DNA of 64,000 nt. Source: Promethearchaeota archaeon (lineage in GTDB: Archaea; Asgardarchaeota; Lokiarchaeia; Sigyniarchaeales; SOKP01). The notes beneath the pieces are model-generated. The model did not search any database. It had not been told where the DNA came from and saw nothing but the letters and a program-made list of their open reading frames with translations. The number at the start of each line of letters is the position of its first letter. The stretch's first letter is position 1. Of the stretch, positions 41,600-49,868 are shown in pieces. A program made the position numbers and the translations under genes. Location: assembly GCA_048938445.1 (NCBI GenBank), contig JBHLME010000005.1, positions 654 to 64,653 on the forward strand, given 5' to 3'.

Positions 41600-44500
41600 A
41601 TAAAACTTAAATCAAATATAAAAAAAGTAAACTCCCGTATTAAGGAAATTTTTAAAGTAAGTCCAAAGTTTAAGAAAAAAGTTAAGCTTTCAGTAATTAT
41701 CTTAATTCTTTTTTTAATTCCTTTAATTGGAATGATACTAGTTAATATTCCATATATTTCATATTTTTCACCTGAGGAAGTTCATAATTATAAAGATAAC
41801 ATGTATATTTTTTCAAATTCTCATAAAAATCCCATTTCAGGGCTATTTATTGAACCAGAAATAGATATCAATTTCCACATTATAGACGCTATAAATTGGA
41901 CTGATTTTAATCCTACTTTATTCAATTTGATAGATCCCAGAAATAATCCTTATATGGAAAATAAGCCATTTTTCTTCTTAGATTATCTTTTTGGTAAACA
42001 AAATAACGATGGGTCATTCTCAGATATTGGATATTTAGGTAACATGTTCTCAACCTATGAAGTCGTTCAAACAATAAATCTCCTTAATGATACTTTTATA
42101 AATCCTACTCAGAAACAAGATGAAATTGATAAGATGATTCAATTTGTTAATAATTCACTGGATAATGATCCTGTTTATGAAAATAGCTCAGGATTTAAGT
42201 TAAATTCATTTTCAATGAGCCCAGATATTATTTCAACGAGTAATGCTATAGCATTGATAAATAATTTTTCGGTACCTGGAATTTTAAATAATGAGAACAT
42301 ATCTACTTATATTAATAGTTCAAGAGTAGCTGGTGGATACAGCTTAGACTCTCTGACATTCACTCCAGATCCAGAAAGTACATATTATGGTATCGAAGCG
42401 TTTTTAAACATGAATATGACATATAATTCAGGAGATTTAATTACATCTTGGGGATATTTCAGTTCATTGTATAATAATGAAACAGGTGGATTTTCAAGCT
42501 TACCGTTTAATGCTTCAGATGTTCAATCAACGTTTTATGTTATTTCTTCAGTTGAACGTCTAGGATTACCACCTCTTTTATACTATAATGAGAACAAAAC
42601 ATTAGAATTCATTCTAAATTGTTCAAATTCTGATGGTGGATTTGGTTTATTCATAAATGATACTACTTCAGATTTTAAGTCTGGATGGGCAGCGATGAAA
42701 TCACTAACACTTCTTGAAAAAATATCTGATTTTAATTCATCTCAAATAGATTCAATAAACCAAGTGCGGGAAAAATACTATTATTGGCTTTCAGAGTACC
42801 AAGCTTCTAATGGATTATTTGGACATATTACAATTGAATCAAATTATTATGGAGTGTTATCAGCAATTCAATATTATCCTTCAAGTTTTTTAAAATATAT
42901 CGATGTTCAGAATATCTTTAACTATATTAATAGTTGTTATTCTTTAGAAGATGGTGGATATGCCAACAGGCCTGGACTGAATTCTAGTCTATACGCAACA
43001 TATTTAGCAATAGAGATGTACGATATTTTTTCTCACTATTTTGATGATTTGGTGCTTCATAACAAAACCGCAACAAGAATTTACTTAGCATCATTACAAA
43101 ATAGCGATGGAGGTTTTAAAATAGGTATTGACATAGATGATTTATATAAACAACTAGGTTCATTTGCATTTATCATTACTTCATTAATTAATTCAAATAT
43201 TTCTACGGTTGAAAGTACTTATTGGGCAATTGTTTCTTTAGAAAAATTAGATGCTCTCTCTATGATCGATGAAAAAAATTTTACTCATTGGATTAGATCA
43301 TGTCAAAATTCAGATGGTGGATTTGGACTCTTCCTAGGATTTACTTATAGCGATATAGTCTCAACTTATTATGCTTTACATCTTTTTAAATATTTTAACA
43401 GTGAACCTATATCTAAAATTCAATCTATTTCTTTTTTAAAAAATGCTCAACAGTCTGATGGAAGTTTCTCACCATTACCCACGCTTTCAATACTTGGCCT
43501 AGAAATAAGTTTATTTACAACAACATATATGGCTGCTAAGGCTTTGTATGATTTTGCTTATCAAGCAGAAGATATTCAGGGATTTTTAGGGTGGTATGAA
43601 CTTTGTATTGATAATAATACAGGTGGTGTCGGAGATTATCAAGGATTTGGTGGTGATTTAAGAAATACTCCATATGGTATGATTATAATTGATGATTTGA
43701 GATATGATAGGGCTTTTGATCCTGAACCTTGGACAACTTTATTTATGAGAATTATAATTTTAGAATTTTTAATAATAGCATTTTTTATAGCATATAACAC
43801 TGTAAATAAAGTAAATACGATATTATATAAAAGAATTAAAAAGGCTTTTCGAATTACTGATAAATTAGATATAACCTACCTCAAAAGATATCCTGCGATA
43901 CACTGTGAAGATTTGAGTATATATGCTGGTAGAAAATTAATTGTTAATTCAATGTCTTTAACTTTAGAGCATGGTGAAATTTTAGGCGTTTTAGGGGAGA
44001 GCGGTGCGGGAAAATCTACCTTTGTGAAAAGTTTACTTGGAATGCGTAAATTTTCTGGAATAAACCAAGTATATGGCATGGATGTAAAGAAAAAATCAAA
44101 AAAGATGAGACCAATATATGGGTATGTACCTCAAGATTTAAGTAAGATTTATCAAGACTTTACTACCTACCAAAATATCTTATATTTTGCTAAACAATAT
44201 GGTCTAAGTGAACGAGATATAAGAAGAAAAGCTAAAAGAATTTTACGCAGTTTAGAAATTGAGGATAAAATGCATCAGCAAGTAAAAAATTTGTCTGGTG
44301 GTCAAAAAAGGAGAGTAAGCATTGCAATTGGATTAATTCATGACCCCGTAATTGTTTGGATGGATGAGCCGACTTCTGGATTAGACCCAGTAGTTCGTGA
44401 AAATTTATGGCACGCATTAACGAAAATAAATGAAGAATTTAACACTACTTTGATAGTAATCACACATTACCCTGAAGAATCACGTTTTTGCAATAAAGTA

Positions 44501-44836
44501 GCAATTTTTGGGAGAGGGAGAGGTATGATTGATTTTGGTACCCCTCAAGATCTATTATCTCAATTACCTGGAGGTGGAAGAACCATTGATTTAAGCTTTA
44601 GTGAAGTACAAATAAATGCTATAAAAAGGCTCGAAGCTATTGAAGGGATAGATAAAGCTTTAGAAAATAAAGCTAGTTTAGAATATTCAATTCTTTCCAA
44701 TTTAAGATTACGTGAATTAATTAGTAAAATTGAGCTTGAATTTGGTTTGAGTTCAATTCTAGAAATAAAGCAATCAGAATCAAAGATGGAACAATATTTC
44801 CGTTATAAAGCAATGGAAGTTCCAAAAGAAGAATAA
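41600..44836 (+). CDS. extracytoplasmic prenyltransferase/terpene-cyclase-type alpha/alpha toroid - single TM - ABC ATPase fusion
   Basis: First ATG is at 41732, but the upstream in-frame KFKKKVKLSVIILILFLIPLIG signal anchor has no canonical start (ATA 41600 lies after AGGTGA). About ten DGGF-type repeats (NSDGGFGLF twice, EDGGYA, QSDGSFS ...). TM WTTLFMRIIILEFLIIAFFIAY. Walker A GESGAGKST, LSGGQKRRVS, VWMDEPTSGLD. Confidence 0.8.
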   Translation: MKLKSNIKKVNSRIKEIFKVSPKFKKKVKLSVIILILFLIPLIGMILVNIPYISYFSPEEVHNYKDNMYIFSNSHKNPISGLFIEPEIDINFHIIDAINWTDFNPTLFNLIDPRNNPYMENKPFFFLDYLFGKQNNDGSFSDIGYLGNMFSTYEVVQTINLLNDTFINPTQKQDEIDKMIQFVNNSLDNDPVYENSSGFKLNSFSMSPDIISTSNAIALINNFSVPGILNNENISTYINSSRVAGGYSLDSLTFTPDPESTYYGIEAFLNMNMTYNSGDLITSWGYFSSLYNNETGGFSSLPFNASDVQSTFYVISSVERLGLPPLLYYNENKTLEFILNCSNSDGGFGLFINDTTSDFKSGWAAMKSLTLLEKISDFNSSQIDSINQVREKYYYWLSEYQASNGLFGHITIESNYYGVLSAIQYYPSSFLKYIDVQNIFNYINSCYSLEDGGYANRPGLNSSLYATYLAIEMYDIFSHYFDDLVLHNKTATRIYLASLQNSDGGFKIGIDIDDLYKQLGSFAFIITSLINSNISTVESTYWAIVSLEKLDALSMIDEKNFTHWIRSCQNSDGGFGLFLGFTYSDIVSTYYALHLFKYFNSEPISKIQSISFLKNAQQSDGSFSPLPTLSILGLEISLFTTTYMAAKALYDFAYQAEDIQGFLGWYELCIDNNTGGVGDYQGFGGDLRNTPYGMIIIDDLRYDRAFDPEPWTTLFMRIIILEFLIIAFFIAYNTVNKVNTILYKRIKKAFRITDKLDITYLKRYPAIHCEDLSIYAGRKLIVNSMSLTLEHGEILGVLGESGAGKSTFVKSLLGMRKFSGINQVYGMDVKKKSKKMRPIYGYVPQDLSKIYQDFTTYQNILYFAKQYGLSERDIRRKAKRILRSLEIEDKMHQQVKNLSGGQKRRVSIAIGLIHDPVIVWMDEPTSGLDPVVRENLWHALTKINEEFNTTLIVITHYPEESRFCNKVAIFGRGRGMIDFGTPQDLLSQLPGGGRTIDLSFSEVQINAIKRLEAIEGIDKALENKASLEYSILSNLRLRELISKIELEFGLSSILEIKQSESKMEQYFRYKAMEVPKEE

Positions 44837-44860
44837 TAAATTCCGTAAAGAGGTTATGTT

Positions 44861-46576
44861 TTGACAGAAATTTCAAGAGAAAAGGAACTGGAGATGCTTC
44901 GTTTGAAAATAATTGAAGCTATTCGATTCTCTACACGATATTGGATGATATTCAAAGAGAAAACATTCGGTATTGCCACAATCTTGGATTTAATATATAA
45001 AAAATCATATATTGAAGTTTTATTTTTTACAAATTATGATGTTATGGAATTAGGAGTACCACTTTTAAAAATATATACCCCAATTGAAACTGAGGTAAAC
45101 TTAAATGAGATTCTCCTTGAACCTGATTTTGATAAGGATGGCCTCATAAGCCCCGTAAAAATTATTAAAAAAGTAAATCAATTAATAAAGAAAGAATTTG
45201 AGCATCATATCGCTGTATTGGATGAAGAAGTTAGATTACTTAACGAAAAATATGAAAATTATGAATTAAATGATATTCCCTACAATAGAGAAATAATTAT
45301 TTTTTTCCCCACGTTTACTTTAGATTTAAAAATAAACTTTGAAAAATATCCTCTCATTCCCAATATTTCATTTTCAGATGAATTATCTAAAATTATCACG
45401 ATAAATGAATTTCTTGAAACTGAAATGTTTATAAATTGGAATCCCGAGTACCCTATTCATGTTATTCATATTATAGAGGAATTAATTAATATTATTACGA
45501 AACGTTTAAAAATAAAAAATTTACCTGAGGATTCTCAACATCTTTTAATTAAAAAAGTATCAGTTGGAAATAATATTAAAAACCTTTCATTTAAAATGCT
45601 AAGAGGAACGACAATTGGAATTCATTATGAGGAAGATCAATTTAAATCCAATATTGGTGAAATTTCAAGTATTTTAGACTTTTTTGAAGCAATTATGGGA
45701 ATTAACTCTTCTTTTTCTGGAGTAATCAAGGTTTTTGGCAAAAATATTCAATTAGCCTTAAAAAGTGAATTGGATAAAATCACAATGATTAGCACAAATA
45801 TCGATTCGAATATAAAAAATGTAACAGTAAAAAAAATTCTCAGCAAGGAATTTGACTTAAAATCTGATTGGAAAGATTTTAAAGAGCAAATGGGAAGTAT
45901 AAATAAAAAAATAGGCATAAATTTCATTAAAGGGGAATTAGGATTCAAGACTCTAAATCGAAATTATAAAAAAAATATTATAAATCAAATTTTAAAAGTT
46001 TCTGGATTATTGGATAGAAAAAATGATAAAATTAGAGATTTAACTCTGATAGAAACATTATTATTTTCTATTTCACGAGCGATAATAAGTTTACCACATA
46101 TAATTTTATTATCAGCTCCTAATATTAATTTTGGAAGATCTGAAATTGAAAAGTTTAATAAATGCATAAAAAAATTTAAAAAAGATTATAATGTCTCTTT
46201 TATAATTCATGGAACTAAAGATATTCTTTCTATATGTGATCAAATCATTAATATTACTCCGGAAATGACTGAAATTGGATCAATCGATGATTATTTACAA
46301 AAATTACCACAATCTGGAGAAATTCTTACGATTGAATTAAGCCGTCCAAATTTAACAGCTATAAAGCAAATGTTAAAAATGGATTCTGTTATTTTTATTG
46401 AAGAACGAAGGAATGAGAAATATAAACTGTTTATTCAAGAAAATCCTGAAAAGATTATCATATTTTTATTAGAATTATTTGGTTCTAAACTATATAATTT
46501 TCGACGTTTTAGAGCAACTTTGGGAGAATATTTAGAATTTTTAGAATATAAAAAATATGGAAGGATATATAAATGA
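44861..46576 (+). CDS. degenerate (catalytically dead) ABC ATPase-like protein with unique N-terminal domain
   Basis: 571 aa. The C-terminal half is collinear with an NBD, but Walker A is replaced by GIHYEEDQFKSNIG, the signature by LTLIETLLFSISRA and Walker B by IILLSAPN. H-loop-like IIHGT is retained. Confidence 0.55.
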   Translation: MTEISREKELEMLRLKIIEAIRFSTRYWMIFKEKTFGIATILDLIYKKSYIEVLFFTNYDVMELGVPLLKIYTPIETEVNLNEILLEPDFDKDGLISPVKIIKKVNQLIKKEFEHHIAVLDEEVRLLNEKYENYELNDIPYNREIIIFFPTFTLDLKINFEKYPLIPNISFSDELSKIITINEFLETEMFINWNPEYPIHVIHIIEELINIITKRLKIKNLPEDSQHLLIKKVSVGNNIKNLSFKMLRGTTIGIHYEEDQFKSNIGEISSILDFFEAIMGINSSFSGVIKVFGKNIQLALKSELDKITMISTNIDSNIKNVTVKKILSKEFDLKSDWKDFKEQMGSINKKIGINFIKGELGFKTLNRNYKKNIINQILKVSGLLDRKNDKIRDLTLIETLLFSISRAIISLPHIILLSAPNINFGRSEIEKFNKCIKKFKKDYNVSFIIHGTKDILSICDQIINITPEMTEIGSIDDYLQKLPQSGEILTIELSRPNLTAIKQMLKMDSVIFIEERRNEKYKLFIQENPEKIIIFLLELFGSKLYNFRRFRATLGEYLEFLEYKKYGRIYK

Positions 46577-46587
46577 GTTGAATAATA

Positions 46588-47355
46588 ATGATAAAAAGTA
46601 TATATATAATGCTTGATAACGGAATTTTACTATTTTCAAAAAATTTCGTGGAAATTAAATATGATAATAATTTACTTATTGGTTTCTTTGCCTCAATAGC
46701 TAATTTTAGCAGGGAAGCTTTAAAGAGTGTTGTAAAAACCGTAGATCTTGGCGAAGAGAATAAGTTAGTTCTTCATCCTCGAACTAAAGAAAAGTTATTA
46801 AGTGCTGCTATTGTAAGTACGACAGATAATAATTCTCTTATAATAGATATTTTAAATAACCTAATGTTAGATTTTACGCATGAATTTACTTCATATGATA
46901 ATCCTGATAATATAGATAAAATGACGGCAGAAAAATTAGTTTCAGATAATTTACGAAGGAAAATCTTTCCATCGATTCCAAAACTTATACTGGTTTCAAT
47001 CGCATTATTAACTCCTCTCTTATCAATATTAATTGTTTTAAGCATTTATATAACGAATACATTTCAAAATTTATTCGAACACGTTCAACCTGCTTTAATT
47101 TTATACACGTCCATAACACTTTTGTTATTAACATTAGTTCCCAATTTAATATCTGGGTTTTTAGCGCCGGATAGACGTTATGCATTATTCAATACATTTG
47201 TGATCATCATTATTGAAGTAGCTGTTTATATTGCTTTTGTGGAAAGACTTTTTATACAAATAACATTGGCAAATCTTCCTATAAATTTCATTCTTTCTCT
47301 AGCTTCTGCATATTTTGGATTGAGATTATCTTCACGCAAATACTTAAAAAAATAA
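46588..47355 (+). CDS. longin-like domain protein with four C-terminal TM helices
   Basis: 255 aa. MIKSIYIMLDNGILLFSKNF...LLIGFFASIANFSREAL...KLVLHPRTKEKLLSAAIVSTTD...LIIDILNNLMLDFTHEF has the beta-beta-alpha-beta-beta-beta-alpha order and an AP-sigma/longin-like N-terminus. Four hydrophobic helices follow. Starts 11 nt after the previous stop. Confidence 0.5.
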   Translation: MIKSIYIMLDNGILLFSKNFVEIKYDNNLLIGFFASIANFSREALKSVVKTVDLGEENKLVLHPRTKEKLLSAAIVSTTDNNSLIIDILNNLMLDFTHEFTSYDNPDNIDKMTAEKLVSDNLRRKIFPSIPKLILVSIALLTPLLSILIVLSIYITNTFQNLFEHVQPALILYTSITLLLLTLVPNLISGFLAPDRRYALFNTFVIIIIEVAVYIAFVERLFIQITLANLPINFILSLASAYFGLRLSSRKYLKK

Positions 47356-47392
47356 TGAAAAATCTTTATATATTCTCTATAATTTCTGAAAT

Positions 47393-49084
47393 GTGATTAT
47401 AATGGAAGAAGAATTAATCGCAAAATTATTTGACCAAGGTTGGAATTATAAAAATAGAAATAATATTCTTGAACGATTAAAAAGTAATACCTATAATATT
47501 ATAGTAATTGGAGGAGGTATAACTGGAGCCGGAGTTGCAAGAGAAGCGTCATTAAGAGGCCTTAGTGTAGCTTTAGTTGACATGCAAGATTTTGCTGCAG
47601 GGACATCCTCCCGTAGTTCAAAATTAGCTCATGGTGGAATCCGGTATCTTGATCAAGGAGAAACAGAATTAGTTGAAGAAGCTACCACTGAAAGAAATTG
47701 GCTTTTAGCACATTTGTCTCATTTAATAAGACCTATTCCATTTCTCTTTGGTTCATGGAAAGGAGGTTGGAGAAAAACTGTGATTAAAGGTGCAATTAAA
47801 ATTTATGATTTCCTTAGTGATACTAACCAAATATTTAAAAATTCAAATAAAGGAAAATGGTATGACGCTGAAGAAATAATTGAACTTGAACCTGAAATTA
47901 ATACAGAAGGCTTTTTGGGTGGGGGTATTTACTATGATAATAATGTTGATGATGCTAGATTAACACTTGAAACCATTAAAGAAGCTGTAATTCGAGGCGC
48001 AGATGCTTTAAATTATTGTAAAGTAATTGATTTTTTAAAAAAGGATGGAAAGATCGTAGGAGTAAAATGTAAAGATTTAGAACAAAATAATGAGTTTAAT
48101 ATAAATGGAAAATTGGTTATTAATGCTACAGGGATTTGGACTGATGAGTTAGTAGAACTATATCCTGTAAACGTGCCTGATCCTGTTATTCGTCCAACAA
48201 AAGGCGTTCATATAACATATAGACGTGAACATGTAGGAAATAAATTAGCTACTATTATTAAATCGATCACGGATGGTCGAGCGTTTTTTGTACTCCCAAG
48301 GGGGGATTTTACTGTTATTGGAACGACTGATACCGACTATACAGGTGATTTAACAAATCCATTCTGTGATAAAGAGGATGCAGATTATTTAATTACCTCA
48401 GTAAAACACTATTTTCCAAAAGCACGATTAGAATATGACAACATCATATCAACTTGGGCGGGAATTAGACCCTTAGTTATGCAAAAAGGCAAATCTGAAA
48501 GTGAAATTTCAAGGAAACACCTCATATTTTTCTCTGATGATAATTTATTAACTATTACCGGTGGAAAATTAACAACTTTCAGGAAAATGGCTGAAGATTT
48601 ATTTAAAGAAATAGAAATTAAGAAAATTTTTCCGATTATAGATAGAGAAGAAAATTTTTCTAAGCAAAAATATATCATTAGCCTTGATAAAGAAATGTGG
48701 TTAGATGAAGTCAAAAAGAGTGGGATTAATTTAGAAGATAACATTATTAAATTGTTGTACCAACAATATGGGCGGGGTTCCATTGAAATATTAACCATGA
48801 TTAAAAACGACCAGAGTTTAAAAGAGAGAATCATTGAAGATAATGACTTTATAAAAGCAGAAATATTATATATTTTGAGAAATGAATTAACTCCTCATTT
48901 AATTGATATTTTCTGCCGCCGTACTGAAATGGCTCTCTTTATTCATCATAAAATGCAAGTACAAGCAGCAAATATAGTAGCAGAGTTAATGGCTTCTGAA
49001 TATAATTGGAATGATGAAACCAAAGAAAAAGAAATAGAAATATATTCAGATTATGTTAAGAAAACTATTTCTTTCTTGAAATAA
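47393..49084 (+). CDS. FAD-dependent glycerol-3-phosphate dehydrogenase (GlpA/GlpD family)
   Basis: 563 aa. VIGGGITGAGVAREASLRGLSVALVDMQDFAAGTSSRSSKLAHGGIRYL is the family N-terminus. The C-terminal alpha-helical domain is present. Confidence 0.8.
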   Translation: MIIMEEELIAKLFDQGWNYKNRNNILERLKSNTYNIIVIGGGITGAGVAREASLRGLSVALVDMQDFAAGTSSRSSKLAHGGIRYLDQGETELVEEATTERNWLLAHLSHLIRPIPFLFGSWKGGWRKTVIKGAIKIYDFLSDTNQIFKNSNKGKWYDAEEIIELEPEINTEGFLGGGIYYDNNVDDARLTLETIKEAVIRGADALNYCKVIDFLKKDGKIVGVKCKDLEQNNEFNINGKLVINATGIWTDELVELYPVNVPDPVIRPTKGVHITYRREHVGNKLATIIKSITDGRAFFVLPRGDFTVIGTTDTDYTGDLTNPFCDKEDADYLITSVKHYFPKARLEYDNIISTWAGIRPLVMQKGKSESEISRKHLIFFSDDNLLTITGGKLTTFRKMAEDLFKEIEIKKIFPIIDREENFSKQKYIISLDKEMWLDEVKKSGINLEDNIIKLLYQQYGRGSIEILTMIKNDQSLKERIIEDNDFIKAEILYILRNELTPHLIDIFCRRTEMALFIHHKMQVQAANIVAELMASEYNWNDETKEKEIEIYSDYVKKTISFLK

Positions 49085-49194
49085 TACTTGCTAAACATAA
49101 TTATAAATAAAAATTGGACTCCATCAGAATTATATTTATAAGAAATAATAATATAAATAATATTAAACAAAAATTACATATAGTGTGAAATTAA

Positions 49195-49851
49195 TTGATT
49201 TTGCAAATAGGTGCTGTTTTAGGACCATTAGCAGGATATGGGGCTTTATTTGTAATAATTCTTGGTATAATTTGGTTAATTTATGGAATCTATGAAGCAA
49301 AGAGACGAGGCTCATTTAAAGAGAGAAAGGTTAAAGATTGGGACTATAAAATAACCGTGTTTTTAAAAATATTAACATTTTTAGGATTCTTTGTAGGACT
49401 TATATGTATTGTTATCGGGATTTCAGGATTATACTATAAAGTACCACCTAGTATTGCTTATTACATAACAACAGGTAATGATGTCTCCTATTTTACGTCC
49501 ATACTATTGATTGTATTAGGAATATTAGCGTTTTTAAAGCCTATGAATGATTTACCCATTGCTTCAATGATTGCTCTAGGAGCAGCTGCGATAGTTACAT
49601 TTATAGTATATCTCATCATTCCATTGGAAGTAATCCAAACAGCTGAAATATGGGGTGTTGAAATAATTATTATAATAATTTTTATAATAATTTTCTGTTT
49701 AACAGCAGTAATAGTAAAATTTTATGCGGGAGCATTAATGGGCATTTCAAAAGTAATTTCATGGCCTCCACTCGCTATTATTGTTTCAGTTTTGTGCTTT
49801 ATCCAAGGATTCCTGCTATTAGTAAGTGGAATATCAATAATTCCATTTTAA
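49195..49851 (+). CDS. polytopic membrane protein
   Basis: 218 aa with about 6 TM helices. TTG start in track, no motif. Confidence 0.45.
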   Translation: MILQIGAVLGPLAGYGALFVIILGIIWLIYGIYEAKRRGSFKERKVKDWDYKITVFLKILTFLGFFVGLICIVIGISGLYYKVPPSIAYYITTGNDVSYFTSILLIVLGILAFLKPMNDLPIASMIALGAAAIVTFIVYLIIPLEVIQTAEIWGVEIIIIIIFIIIFCLTAVIVKFYAGALMGISKVISWPPLAIIVSVLCFIQGFLLLVSGISIIPF

Positions 49852-49868
49852 TTTTTTTTCTTTTTTTT

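Noticed and set aside
48409-48834. 141-aa minus-strand ORF inside the G3P dehydrogenase gene
   Set aside because: It is antisense to a gene with clear family motifs and its composition is typical of a shadow ORF.
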